A stretch of 64,000 nt of DNA. Origin: Selaginella moellendorffii (Eukaryota; Plantae; Lycopodiophyta). Each line of letters begins with the position of its first letter. The stretch's first letter is position 1. A model generated the notes under the pieces. The model worked only from the letters and a program-made list of their open reading frames with translations, was not told the origin of the DNA and searched no databases. This document shows, piece by piece, positions 49,440 through 62,220 of the stretch. The stretch spans positions 3,358,405 to 3,422,404 of the forward strand of contig NW_003314262.1 in assembly GCF_000143415.4 (NCBI RefSeq), in the 5' to 3' direction. Position numbers and translations under genes: made by a program.

Positions 49440-50519
49440 CTAGTTTTTAAGAATTGTATAAGAGAAAGACCCTTCGTCCTCCTCTCGACCACCACCTCGG
49501 TAATCCGTCCATATAACTCTCGCCCGCGACGCAATCTTCTGGCTCCTCTCGATCACCGCGGGCGTGAGAGGATGCGTGTCGCTGGGCATGAAAGCCTCTG
49601 GGCTGCCTCTCTCACGCTCTTGCCTGGCAGGAACTACATTCGACCACCAAAACTCACTCATCACCCGGAAGATCAATCCCCAGTAGTCTCGGTCTCTCTT
49701 GATCCTCAGCACGCTGCTCACGCCCGGCGTCCAGAAGTAGAAATCGAGCCACTCCCGGTCGAGGATCTCCATCAATCCCTGCGCTTGAGGAACGTAGAAG
49801 TATGGAAGTGTGAGCGGGCATGGAAGGACTTTGCGATGCGGGCACTTGACTTCCAAAATGCCACCACCACCGCTGTTCTTCGCGAGGAGTTTCCCTTCTC
49901 CCAAAATCCCATCACCACCACTGTTCTTCCTTTCTTCTTCCAGAATCTCACTAAGTCCACTGTTCTTCTTGAGAGTTTCTTCTCCTTCTTCTTCCTCCAC
50001 AAGACCGTCCGGCAATCCTCCAAGCCAATCGTAGAGCTCATCGTTCTCCTTGTAGATCGTGAACACTGTGTCGCGGTTGACGATGTTCCCCGTGATCTTG
50101 GAGTATTTCTCGATGGCTTCCACTTCGTTGCCAAGTCCCCACATCATCGCAGCCTCCCTGGGAGAAGAAGTCCTTGGAGCCCAAGCCCAGGAACTCATCT
50201 CTGCCTTGAGAAATCGCTCATCCGGACCTCCATTCAATCGGTCCTTGCCACTGACGACGAGCTCCGCGGATCTTCCATCCAGGAGGCCAGACTTTTGCTG
50301 CCAGAGCTTGAATCGCTGGCCCTTCCACAGTCCCAGCGCTCGTCCGAAGTGGCAGGCTGTGAGCCTTGGCTTTGTTTGCGGCGGTGCCGCCCGAGGAGCT
50401 GGGACATCGCCATCGTCATGTTGCTCGCTTCTTCTTTCCAGGGATTCCAGGCGGCGATCGAGCTGCTGGAGAGATTGGAAGCCCCGGGGATGCTTTCCAG
50501 GCAAGGCCAGGTTACACAT
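49440..50519 (-). CDS. YqaJ viral-recombinase-like (lambda exonuclease fold) nuclease
   Basis: RLTA..F, WG...E..A...Y, WLGGLPDGL, ILEVKCP, YVPQAQGLMEILDREW; intronless. Confidence 0.88.
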   Translation of the reverse strand: MCNLALPGKHPRGFQSLQQLDRRLESLERRSEQHDDGDVPAPRAAPPQTKPRLTACHFGRALGLWKGQRFKLWQQKSGLLDGRSAELVVSGKDRLNGGPDERFLKAEMSSWAWAPRTSSPREAAMMWGLGNEVEAIEKYSKITGNIVNRDTVFTIYKENDELYDWLGGLPDGLVEEEEGEETLKKNSGLSEILEEERKNSGGDGILGEGKLLAKNSGGGGILEVKCPHRKVLPCPLTLPYFYVPQAQGLMEILDREWLDFYFWTPGVSSVLRIKRDRDYWGLIFRVMSEFWWSNVVPARQERERGSPEAFMPSDTHPLTPAVIERSQKIASRARVIWTDYRGGGREEDEGSFSYTILKN

Positions 50520-52221
50520 TGTCGATCAACTGGCTGCTAATACAAGAATATTATCACTTCCTATATATCCAAGCGCTTTTCTTTCCTGGAGAGCCAAGAA
50601 ATCTAAGACAAGAAAAATCCAGAGAGTATCTTTGTTCTTGATGTTCATTCCAACGGTCTTCTTTTTTACTCATCCAATAAAATAGAGAAAGGTATGCCTT
50701 TGAATATAATTTTACAGTTTTAGGTTATTATTGGTTAGTAATCAATTTATAATAACTTATAATGACATTTTATAGTGAGACCAAAAAGTTGTCAACGTAG
50801 AGAAGTTACTCGACCATCAACGCTACCATGCAAGCTTGGTTCTACACTGATCTCACTGGATGGACGAGTTTTCGAATTGAACCGTAGTGCAATCTATTCA
50901 ATGGCAGCTTTAGCCTGATCATCTTTTACCACTAATCCCCACCAGCACCGCTACTGCTCGAGCTGCTGATGCTACTGCTGTTTGCTGCTGCATCTCCACT
51001 CCACCTCACACCTTCCGGCCAAGCTTCCTCAGCACCTCCATCGTTATCGGAAAAATCCTCATAGTCGCAGAGCAAGTGCCATAATGAATATTAGTGTGTG
51101 CATCTCTGTTAAGGCAAAATTTATAAAACTGTTTGAACAAACATGCTGGATCCATATCCTTTTAACTCCGAGTAATGCCAGGAGAAATCCTTATACCATT
51201 CATGAGAGTATAGTCACTTTTGTAGTAGCCCTTTGTCGGTAGTTGTCAATTGTTCTTGAGGACCTGTGGTGAAGAGGATGATTCCAGGCCAAGATTCACT
51301 TTCAATCACAAAGATTCATAAGTAATTGTTGCTAGAAATGTGATAGCATTAGAAAAAACTTTCCTAATATCATTCCTCCAAAGCTAACTGAAGGTATAAA
51401 ATTGAACTCTCTTCTTGACATGCCTAGTCCATCGCAAAGGTGTTCAGCTTGCTATCCATGCAACACTCAAACACACTTAAGTTCCTAGCAACAGAACCAA
51501 CAATGTCGATATGAGAGAGAGAAACACCAAAGCAATACTCTTTTATTTCTCATAATTATTCATAACAATTTTGCTATCTCACACCATGCTCTCCGTCTCC
51601 ACTATGCTCTTTTTTGAACATCTTTTCCATACTATTTTAATTATAACCTCTCCATTATTTTTTCTCATATAGTTCTCTCCTCCAATCAAACTTCCAGCAT
51701 ATAAAGTAATGCCAAATAATAAAGTAACTTCATCTTCTTCAAACATTCCACACATTCTTCTTTTTTAATAAATAAAAGTCGAGATATAAAATAAAGCATA
51801 TAATTATACTCAGATTTGGCACTACTACCGTTGTCTCGTGAATCTCTAAGAAATGGTATGGGTTCAGAATCAGAGGTGGTGATCAGGAGGAGTGAATGAT
51901 GAAGGGGCTGATATGTGCAATGAAAGGTTCAAGATATTTGTGAAGAACTATTGCAGAGGATACCTTCGTCTCTGAAGGGAACTAGTTCCCTCAGTTTGAG
52001 TTGCGAAATTGCTCGTAAGCGCTGCGGAGTACTTTCCTGAGCATCGAAGTGCTTGCACAGCGGCTCAACTTTGGAAAGAACCGACAGCCCGAGAAGCTCT
52101 AATGCGTTGATCTGACCACGGAGACGAGGGATAAAGGTAAGAAGAGGAAATCGAGAACGTAGAAAGATGGCCGCATATTTCTTTTATCGTCAAAGAACTT
52201 CATAGCCGAAGAAGAGCGCTT

Positions 52222-53154
52222 TTAGAGCCTATAGCGCGACGAGCTATTGCTTCTGGCGAGACCATTGTACATGAACGATGACGATGGCATTTGGTTTGTC
52301 GAATTTACAGGGATGTTGCTTTGCGTCGAAGAAAAGTAAGTGGAAATCCCTTCCCCAAAGTAGCGTCGTCGAATTAACTGGAAGAACACACACATAAGAA
52401 AAGAGCGAGAATTTGATCCAAGAGGAAGAATGATACCATCGAGAAAAAATCGTCGATTGCTTCCATGTCCAGTTCTCCGTCCTTTGCTGCCTGGAAAGAG
52501 AAAAACAAACCATCAAAGCCATAAAAAAAACCTTTCGAGAGAGCTATGAAGAGAACTAGTCATTCGATGCAAACTTCATCAACTGCTGATAAGAGAATGA
52601 GATCCTTTCCTTGTCAACTTTAGAGAATTCTTACAGATTTCGAGAAGGAAACATACCGCTCGAAGACCTTGAGTTCCAGGGAATGTTTCCGACGTGGGAA
52701 GCTCGTCCGTTGGAGAGAGGAGGCCTTGCTTCTCGACCCAATGCCTTGCAGCGTCAACGAGATTGCCACTGCTACCACCAGCCTTTGGAGCAATGTCGGC
52801 CTTGTTGCCAATCACCAGGAACGGCACTGGGACGAGTCCCATGCCAGACGATGGCAGCGGTGCCGAGAAATGGCCCAGAGAGGCTACTTCTCTCGCCCAC
52901 TTCTGGAGGCTGCTCTTGGTCTTTCGCTGAGACAAGTCATGAACAAAAATGATCCCTGGTGTCAGTAGAGAACCATCTTAGAAAAACCGAAGAGAAAAAA
53001 GATGAAGAAGCTTACCATTGATCTGCGAGTAGAAGAGAGAGCGGCAATCCTTGTACCACTCGTTCCCCGAGACGTCCCAGAGCTCCACGAAGAAATCCTG
53101 GAAGCTGTTTGCCAGTGACCCTTCGCTAGTGTGTTGGATGTGCTGCCAAGAGCA

Positions 53155-53192
<38 letters not shown>

Positions 53193-53432
53193 GACATCGA
53201 TACCTTGACGTGAACCGTGCATCCAATCGTCCGCGCGACGTCCTTGCCGCAGCTCCCATCCACAATCAGCTGCGCGAGCGAGGATTTCCCGACCCCTAGA
53301 GGCGAGAGATCCCTCGGCCGTGATCTTGAAATTTCGAGAAAACCAAGAGCAGAGCTCACCTGCGTCGCCGACGATGAGGACGCGCACCTGGCCTGTCGGC
53401 GGCAGCGCCTCCTCCTTCGCCCTCCTGTACAT
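52222..53432 (-). CDS. LIP1: Small GTPase LIP1 / RABL3-like, ~6 exons
   Basis: QVRVLIVGDAGVGKSSL, TIGCTV.VK, FVELWDVSG, SLFYSQINGIIFVHDLSQR, VIGNKADI, GNLVDAAR.WVEKQGLL, LIRRRYF; exons splice in frame by eye. Confidence 0.9.
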
Positions 53433-54661
53433 ACTTGCTCCTCCCTCAGCTCGGCGGCATTTTGGCAAAACCCTAAACCGAAGTTCTTTCTATAGATGCA
53501 ACCATTGCAAGCTTCACTTTCTATCAAGTTGAAGTGTTGTCAAAGTGATGACACACGAATGTAAAACAAATCCCAAGTAGAAGTTCAATTAAGCTGCTGA
53601 AGTGAATTGTTTCCAAAGTGATGACACACTAATGTTACCAAGAACAAAAAGTGTGGTTTGGTTGTGGCTAGAAATCAACAACTGTAGCTGGAAATTGATT
53701 AAGTTAGATAGGTTCAAAAAGTATACAAAACTCGAAAAATAATGTGAATGCAAAATGTGATTTTCTTAAATTAAAAATTGTAACTTATAATCAATTTCAC
53801 AGCAATCTAAATTCCACCAAGTTAAATTTTACTATATAAATTTATATAAAGACGTATATCAATGTAATCCAAACAAAGATGAAAAACAATTATCACTTTC
53901 TTACAATTATACCTTCTAATATTATATGGCAATTTGCATTTGACAAATTGAAATAAACTAAAACAAATTAAAAATAATTAAATAACATGAATGGGCATTT
54001 GATTTTGTGAAGAAAAATAGTGTCTTATTATTTAGTCTAGAATGACTATTGATTAGGTATAGATGCTTCCATTCATGTGATTAGTAGTAATTATTGGTCA
54101 TTATATTAAATTTGATGAGTGTTAGAAATTTATTTTTAATATTGTTTTGTTAATTGGCATTAACATTTGTGTTATAGAACACTGTAATTTAATTTATATA
54201 TTTTTAGTTTATTTCATTTTTTAAAAAAAAAATTTGATTAAAAAAAATGGATGTCCTTTAATCTTTAAGGGAACGGAAGCACAAAACTTTTTTTTATTAG
54301 AAGATTGGCTCGATTCTACCAGGAAATTATTGGCACCGCATAACACTGTAAAGAACTAGAGACGCCAAAAACCTTAATGTTTGCTAGGGCAATGGGCCAT
54401 TAATAGATAATAAAATATATTTATTAAATAAATTTAATAAAGATAATTTTTTAAAAATAATTTATAAACACCTTTCATATATAGATATAATATTACCTAT
54501 TTGTTGATATAATATTGCCTATTTGTTGCAACAGATTAATTTTTTAGGGCTTTATTGTGGACAAAAATAAAATAAATTCAATGATGTACAGCAAACCACA
54601 AATATGGAATTTTTATATTTTAAATCGCATTTAGTGCTATTTTATCTTTTCATTTATAAAT

Positions 54662-55362
54662 TTTTTGTGCAATAGTGGTCATTTGGAAAGGTTTACGTGG
54701 TATGTGAAAAAACAACTGTACAAATATTGACATTTCATGAAAATGATGTAATACACTTTTTGTATTGCAATTGCTTAGTTTTTTGAATTTTTTCGAACTT
54801 GTGATTGTAATTCAACACTAAAGAATGAGTTATTGAATGTTATTTTTGCATAAAATAATCTTTCTTTATAATTTTAATTTAGTGTTTTTAGAATGATTGT
54901 TACATATAGATTTTCTGAGTTCGTTTACAATTAAAAGGTTGTAAAGGTTATATTTTTTGAAATAAATACATTAACCCCTCAAAATAAAGAATAATTTTAA
55001 CTAATTATTTTCTTGTGCATGAGTGGTCCTTTGGAAAAAATGTGTGATTTGTGAAAAGTATAACTTCACAAATATTGACATTTCATGAAAATGGTGTAAT
55101 ACACTTTTAACTATGTTGCGGCGACTCAATTCTTTAAATCATTTTAAGCTCATAATTGTAATCCAAGCATTAAAGAATGAAATATTGAATGTTGTTCTTG
55201 CCTAAAATAATCCTTTTTTATACGTTTTAATTTTTTTTTTGAGGTGATTGTCACATATAAGATTTTTGAGCTTGTTTACAATCAAAAGGTTGTAAAGACA
55301 ATTTTTTTTGAGACTAATACATTAACCCCTTAAAATAAAGACCAATTTTAAATAATTATTTT
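54662..55362. repeat. ~350-bp tandem direct repeat (2 copies) in a very AT-rich non-coding block (53.7-55.9 kb), possible non-autonomous TE
   Basis: CAAATATTGACATTTCATGAAAATG.TGTAATACACTTTT at 54721 and ~55069; ATACATTAACCCCT at ~54966 and ~55317. Confidence 0.85.
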
Positions 55363-55920
55363 GATATCTTCCTATTTAAATATGTTAATTTTTAATGTCA
55401 ATCAAAATAAATTAATTAACTATATACATACATACAGACGTATATATATATGTATATATATATATATATAACACTATAGTAATCACCTATATTTTAAAAT
55501 AAAATTTAAGTTTTATTTGATTGATATTAAATATTTTATAATTTTTTATATTATGTTAAATTTATTTCAACATTATTTTAATGATGATATATTGATTCTT
55601 ACTTATTAGCTTTACTAGATTTGTAAACTTTTTGAACAAAATACTTTTATATTAATTTTAAATATAGTAATAAACTAAATAAAGAAGGAAACATTTGGTA
55701 TCAAATATGTAATAGATTTTTATGATTAAAATTTTTTTGTAACAATTTAGAAAATTCTTAATTTTTTAATATACTTTTCCTTAATTTAATATTACTTTTA
55801 TTTTAATAAATATCATCTCAATTTGTTTTATAATATATATTAATTAAATAATTGGAACTCAAGCTCTCAAAATCTATAATTCTCTAAAGTTGACAAGGAA
55901 AGGATTTCATTCTCTTATCC

Positions 55921-56362
55921 ATTCCAGGCAGCAAAGGATGGAAAGCTGGACATAGAGTACAAGCAATCAACATTTTTTTCTTGATGGTATGAGCATTATT
56001 TCGTTCTTCCTCTTGGATCAAATTCTCGCTCTTTTCTTTTTGTGTGTTCTCTTCCAAGGGATTTCCACTTTTTCTTCGACGCATCCCTGTAAATTCGACA
56101 AACCAAATGCCATCGTCATCGTTCCTGTATAATGGACTCGCCAGAAACAATAGCTCGCCACGCTATAGGCTCTAATATAAAGTGCTCTTGCGAGAACATC
56201 AAGAGAAGAATGAGACTATCTCCAGAGATTTGCTACGGATGCCTCGAGCCTGTTGATGTCTACGTCGTTGCAGCCGGTGCACGACCGACTGGCAATGTCG
56301 GCTATGAAGTTCTTGACGACGGTCACAGTAAGAGCGTGCATCATGCGCTCTTTAGCGGCGCT
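55921..56362 (+). pseudogene. Fused fragments: LIP1 3' exons followed by an internal CSE1 piece
   Basis: 55921-56188 is the reverse complement of LIP1 52215-52492; 56188-56362 matches CSE1 59905-60100. Confidence 0.9.
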
Positions 56363-56402
56363 GAAATCCGTATTATTAACATAATAATATGCGGCCATCT
56401 TT

Positions 56403-58199
56403 CTATATTCTCGATTTCCTCTTCCTGCCTATGGAGGACCCACTCAGATCAACGCAGTAGAGCTTCTCAGGCTGTCGGTTCTTTCCAAAGTTGATCCGCT
56501 GCGCAAACACTTGGATGGTCGACCTTCCAAAATACATTGACACGAAAACACTCCGCTTGTTCCCAAGCTCCATGTTTTCGCTTATGTCAAAGATGTACTT
56601 CCCCAGCCTCTTGCAGCCCGGATCAGTGACGTAGCTTGGAGCAATTTCGCCACTCGAACTGAATAACTCTATCGTCATTGATCTCTGCTTCGCGAATGAC
56701 GGACCTAAGTTCCTTTCAGAGACGAATGTGTCCTCTGCAATAGATTCCCCGTTCTTCACAAATATCTGGAACTTTTTATCGCACATATCAGCTCCTTCAT
56801 CATTCACGAACTTGTACTCCTCCCGATCACCCTCCTGAAACCTCTGCGCGGTCCTCAAGCCATACCATTTCTTGGAGATTCTCGAGACAACGGCAGCGGT
56901 GCCAAATCCGAGTGCCACTGCGCCTTTGCATATGGCAGCACCTGGAGATGGAGGAGCGATCACCTCTCTCGTTACGCCAGCGTTACTCGAGTTGTACTTC
57001 TCAGTGATCTTTTTCACGAGGTAAGGACTCTCAGCAAATCCGCCAACCAGAAAGACGTGCTGGATCATCGTGTCACGACAATGAGAGAGCTGCTTGTCGA
57101 TGAGAGCTGCAACTTTTTCGATCTCGGTGTCAAAGATGCCCCTCAGCTCTTCTTCGCTGAGCTTGATCTCCTCGTAGTACTCCTCGTCATGACCCTCTGC
57201 GCATCCCAGCTGCTCATCAAACTTCTTCCATGCCTTTGAGAGCTTCCGCGGCAGCTCATATAGTTTGAAACCCGTTCCATCGAAGCTACTCTTTCCAAGA
57301 GACCCCAGCCACCACCGTGTGATCTTGTGAAGCGTCTCTGGATCGTCAAAGCTCTCTAAGCACCCAATCTTTCTTTTGAGCAAGCCCAGGAAGTTTTTGT
57401 CGACGTACGTCCCTCCTCCCAGCTCCCCGGAACTGGCTGAAACCTCACGCACCTCGTATGATGATCCACCCTCGACTTTCTCGTGCACCACCAAGTCGAT
57501 CGTCCCACCACCAACATCCACGGTGAGAAACTTGTCACCATTGCACAGGATTGCCGTGTCTTTGAGCTGCTTCTGGCAGTAAAACGACGCTGCCTCTGGC
57601 TCGAGAACTATCTTGAGAGGGAATGAACTCGCCTCGGAGCTGGAGCAATGCTTCCCCTTCACGATCCCTGCCTTCTCTGCATAAATCTCCATCTTGCGTT
57701 TGGACGCATCGCTCCAGATCGCAGGCACGGAGAGACACCAGGCAACCTCTTCTCGGAGCAGGCACGAGCCATACTTTTGCCGGAGATGCCCTCCAATAAA
57801 CTCGGAGATGCAACCGAGATAATCCACTATGAGCTTTTCCGCAGTCGCCCAACCCGGAAGAACCTCCAGCATACTCTTCGCGAGCTCGCCATCTTCGAGA
57901 ATGGGCTTGAACTTGGACACTAGGAGACCCACCTCGCCTTGGCCAGTGCTGGAGGAAACCTGGAGAGCTTCCGAGTAGGCTTTGAGCGCGCTCCATCCCC
58001 AAGCAAGAAGCTCTCCCGCTGGAGAGTAGAACAAGCTGGTCTGCGTCTTGCAGTATGGCCTGCCGGCATCTGGCCAGTCGTAGAAGCTTTGCACATCATC
58101 CGGATCAGAGCGATGCGCGAACGAGAAGCCGGAAAATGTAGTCCCAAAATCTAAGCCCACTATCACCTTTGGTTGGGAAGAACGAGAGCTGGAAGCCAT
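56403..58199 (-). CDS. HSPA12-like / fungal-type Hsp70 actin-like ATPase, intronless, ~598 aa
   Basis: VGLDFGTTFSG, LSVPAIWS, LEPEAAS, VDVGGGTIDL, GGTYVD, LVGGFAESPYL; no canonical Hsp70 C-terminus or EEVD. Confidence 0.9.
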   Translation of the reverse strand: MASSSRSSQPKVIVGLDFGTTFSGFSFAHRSDPDDVQSFYDWPDAGRPYCKTQTSLFYSPAGELLAWGWSALKAYSEALQVSSSTGQGEVGLLVSKFKPILEDGELAKSMLEVLPGWATAEKLIVDYLGCISEFIGGHLRQKYGSCLLREEVAWCLSVPAIWSDASKRKMEIYAEKAGIVKGKHCSSSEASSFPLKIVLEPEAASFYCQKQLKDTAILCNGDKFLTVDVGGGTIDLVVHEKVEGGSSYEVREVSASSGELGGGTYVDKNFLGLLKRKIGCLESFDDPETLHKITRWWLGSLGKSSFDGTGFKLYELPRKLSKAWKKFDEQLGCAEGHDEEYYEEIKLSEEELRGIFDTEIEKVAALIDKQLSHCRDTMIQHVFLVGGFAESPYLVKKITEKYNSSNAGVTREVIAPPSPGAAICKGAVALGFGTAAVVSRISKKWYGLRTAQRFQEGDREEYKFVNDEGADMCDKKFQIFVKNGESIAEDTFVSERNLGPSFAKQRSMTIELFSSSGEIAPSYVTDPGCKRLGKYIFDISENMELGNKRSVFVSMYFGRSTIQVFAQRINFGKNRQPEKLYCVDLSGSSIGRKRKSRI

Positions 58200-58644
58200 A
58201 GCCACACACACCGCTACCACCACCGAGAAACTATCAGCCGATTCTCATTAATTACAAGTCGAGGAATTTAAGATCCTTATGATCTTTCTTGAAAAACATA
58301 AAAATGTAGGCTCTCCTTCCTACCTATTTGTTTTCTGGAAAAGCTCTGGCCGATCTTTTCATCGCAGCCATGAGAGCTTGAAAACGACCATCTTGAGTTC
58401 CTTAAAAGGTTTCGGAATCACCGGGCCATATATCTTTGTAGAGAAGAAGCCTGCACAAACCTTTAGATTTTGTCGCAAAGTTAGCTCTCATCGACAAGCA
58501 GCTGACTTCCACCATCAAGCGTTTGCAAGAATTCTTATCTCGTGACAAGGATCACGATCGATCCTCACTGTGGATGAAAAGATACTTTTAATCCCCAGCT
58601 CAAGAATTTCTTCTGGAGAGAAATGGTACACAAAAGTTTTAACT

Positions 58645-59010
58645 ATGAAGGCTGCCTGGAAAGAGAAAACAAACCATCAAAACCATCAAAACCTTTCGAG
58701 AGCTATATAGAAAACTTATAGATTTCGAGAAGGAAACATACTGCTCGAATCCATGGTAAGTTTCCGACATAGGAAGTCCCGAGGAGATCAAGTTCAGTGA
58801 AGAACATCTTTGATATGGAAGCAATTGAGAATTATTTTGTTCTTCCAAATTCTCGCTGTCTTTTTTTTGGGTGTGTTTTCATCCTTTTGATTCGACGAGG
58901 ATACTTCTCTAAGCAACATCACTGTAAATTCGACAAACCAAATCCCATCGTCACCATTCCTGTACAAGGGACTCGCCAGTGAGTAGGTTCTAATATAAAG
59001 CGCTCTTCTT
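58645..59010. pseudogene. Rearranged LIP1 remnant (minus-strand piece 58650-58780, plus-strand piece 58810-59010)
   Basis: First piece matches 52486-52700 directly; second piece is the reverse complement of 52215-52470 (DMEAI, LIRRGYF). Confidence 0.8.
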
Positions 59011-59104
59011 TGTTTGCTAGATTAGGGTTTATCCAAGGCTGTGTAGGGTTTTGCGAGGAGCGGCGAGGAGGGATTCTGGCGCTTATGCGGCGTTCGCCGA
59101 CTCC

Positions 59105-62042
59105 ATGGCGGTAAATCTCTCTGAGGCCTTTCTCTATACTCTAGCGCCGGATCCAGAGCCAAGAAAGAAGGCGGAGCTCTATCTCGCCAACGCCTCGGCC
59201 CAGCCCGGCTATGGCGTCGCTGTTCTCCAGCTTCTTGGCGAGGCGGCGGTGGACGATCAGGTGCGGCAAGCGGCGGCCGTGCATTTCAAGAACCATGTCA
59301 AGTTCCGATGGAATCCCGGCGAGTTGGAGGCGAATTTGCGGATCCAGGACAGCGAGAAGGAGCAGATCAAGGGGTACGTGGTCAGGCTGATGCTCAGCTC
59401 GTCGCCCAAGATCCAGAGCCAGCTGAGCGAAGCTCTCGCGATCATCAGCAGCCATGATTTCCCGAGCAACTGGAAGGGGCTCCTCCCGGAGCTTGTTGGG
59501 AGTTTGTCAACTTCGACAAGCTACGCTACCATCAACGGGATCTTGCAAGCTCTCAACTCCATCTTCAAGAAGTTTAGATATGGATACAAGAGCGTGGAGC
59601 TCTACACCGATCTCAAGTACTGCCTGGATGGTTTTGCCGCGCCGCTGCTGGAGATTTTCACCAAGACCGGGGAACAGATCAAGGCTACGCAGGATCCTGC
59701 GACGCTCCGGCCGCTGTTCGAGTGCCAGAGGCTGTGCTGCCGGATCTTCTACTCGCTCAACTCGCAGGAGCTCCCGGAGTTTTTCGAGAACCACATGAGA
59801 GAGTGGATGGACCAGTTTCAGTACTATCTCATGTACTCCAACCCGGCTCTGGCGGAGAGGGATGCCGAGAAGGAGAGCGTCGTGGATCAGCTCAAGACTG
59901 CCGTTTGCGAGAACATAAACCTTTACATGGAGAAGAACGAGGAGGAGTTTAGAGACTATCTCCAGAGATTTGCGACGGATGTCTGGAACCTGTTGATGTC
60001 TACGTCGCTGCAGCCAGCGCACGACCGACTGGCAATGTCGGCTATGAAGTTCTTGACGACGGTCAGTAAGAGCGTGCATCATGCGCTCTTTAGCGGTGCG
60101 GACACCCTGAGACAGATTTGCGAAAGTATCGCCATCCCAAACGTTAGAAGTAAGTATATTTCTCTCTTAGTTTTATTTTTTTCTTCATGTCGAGCTCACG
60201 TTTCTCTGCTGCTTTACAGTTAGAGCGGAAGATGAGGAGCTTTTCGAATTGAATCCTCTGGAGTACATAAGAAGAGACATCGAGGGAAGTGACACGGATA
60301 CCAGAAGGCGTATAGCTTGCGAGCTTGTGAAGGGGCTTATGCTGCGGTACAGGGACCAAGTTACTGGTTTGGTTTCCGGCTACTTAGGACAGCTAGGTGC
60401 GAGTTACTCTGCAAATCCGACAGGGAACTGGAAAGACAAGGATACGGCCATCTACTTGATCGTCGCCTTGGCACAGAAGCAGCCTTTGACTGGAGCTGTG
60501 ACAACCGATCTTGTCAACGTAGAGCAGTTCCTTGCGTCGCAAATCAACCCCGAGCTTCGAGGCTCAACCGATATCCTCGTGGCTGATGCGCTCAAGTTCA
60601 TCACGACCTTCAGGAGCGCCGTGCCGAAACCGGTAGTCTTGGAACTGATGCCGCAGATCATCCAGCTCTTGATCAGCTCAACCAACGTGGTGCACTCGTA
60701 TGCTGCTGGGTGTGTGGAAAAGCTGCTACTGGTCAGAGACGGAGGAGTGCCACGCTATTCTTCGGCAGACCTCGCTCCTTTTCAGAGCCAGCTCCTGGCC
60801 AACGCGCTCAGTGCCTTGCAATTCCCAGACTCTCAGGAGAATCCCTACGTGATGAAGTGCATCATGAGAGTTCTCTCCGTGGCGGAGGTTGGCCCGATGT
60901 CCGTGAAATACTTGGACGACCTCGTGGGGATTCTCGGCAAGGTATGCAGGAACCCGACCAATCCGACGTTCAACCATTACATCTTTGAGTCGGTGTCCGT
61001 GCTCGTGAGGAAGGCTTGTGAACGGGACCAAGAAGTGGTGATGGCCTTCGAAGGGAAGCTGTTTCCGGTGTTTCAGTTCATCCTCCAGAACGACGTTGCC
61101 GAGTTCCAGCCGTACGCGTTTCAGATACTTGCACAGCTGATCGAGTCGAGGGGCCAGCCTATTCCCAGGGAGTACCTGGTGATTTTTCCGGTGCTGATCG
61201 ACCAGAGATTCTGGCAGAAGTCGGCCAACGTTCCTGCCATCATCCGGCTTCTCCAGGCCTTCCTGCTCAAAGCACCTCGGGAGATAGCACAGGGAAACCA
61301 ACTGCAGGAGGTCTACAACGTTTTCAGTAGGCTGGTGTCCCGGAAGAGCACGGAGGACTACGCATTTTACATCGCCAACGCGATGGTGGAGAGCCTCAGC
61401 CAGGACTTGCTCATGCCGATCGTCCCGCATCTATGGACGGCCTTCTTCTCCCGGCTCATGGGAGAGCACCGCACCGTCAAGTTCCTCAAGCTGCTGGTGC
61501 TCTTCATGTCGCTCTTCACGGTGAAGCACGGCCAAGCGGTGCTGGTCGACTCGGTGAACAAAGTGAGCCCGACGCAGCCGCGGCTCTTCATGGACGTGCT
61601 GCAGCAGTTTTGGATCCCGACGCTGAGTTCCATCTCTGGAAGCATCGAGACGAAGCTGTGCGCCGTGGCATCGACGAGGCTTTTGTGCGAGTCGGCTCTA
61701 CTGCTCGCGGAGGATCAGCTCTGGGGGAAGCTCCTCAACAACGTGGTGGTGTTGCTGGTGAGGCCAGAGGAGGAAAGAGTGGCGGAAGAAACCGATGTTC
61801 CGGAGCTGGACCAGGTGACCGGGTATGGTGGAGTCTACGCGCAGCTCCACCACGCTGGGAAGAAGGACGATGATCCTCTCAAGGAGATCAAGGACGCCAA
61901 GGAGTACCTTTGCCACTCGCTCAACAGGCTCTCGATGCAGTACCCGGGCAAATTCCCGGGAGTGATCCAGCAGCATCTCGACGCAGGCAACCAGGAAGCG
62001 CTACGCCAGATGTGTAACGCGTACCGGACTACAATCGTCTAG
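59105..62042 (+). CDS. CSE1: Exportin-2 / CSE1 (CAS), 955 aa, 2 exons
   Basis: Exons 59105-60149 and 60220-62042; importin-beta N domain, QELPEFFE, EYIRRDIEGSD.DTRRR, ENPYVMKC.MR, P.NPTFNHY.FES. Confidence 0.96.
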
Positions 62043-62220
62043 AACTCGAAACGAGGTACTCGAAAGATCTTTGGTATTTTAGTTCTCGTTCTCGTCATCG
62101 TTTTTCTCTCTCGCAGGTAGCGAGTTGTTGCTAGTGGAATTGCCAGCTACAATCGTCTAGAACTCCAGGTACTCGAAGATCTTAGCGTTCTCGTCATCGT
62201 TTTGTCTCTCGCAGGTATCG
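62029..62220 (+). repeat. Tandem duplication of the CSE1 stop region and 3' UTR
   Basis: CTACAATCGTCTAGAACTC...GGTACTCGAA...CTCTCGCAGGTA occurs at 62029 and 62147. Confidence 0.85.
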
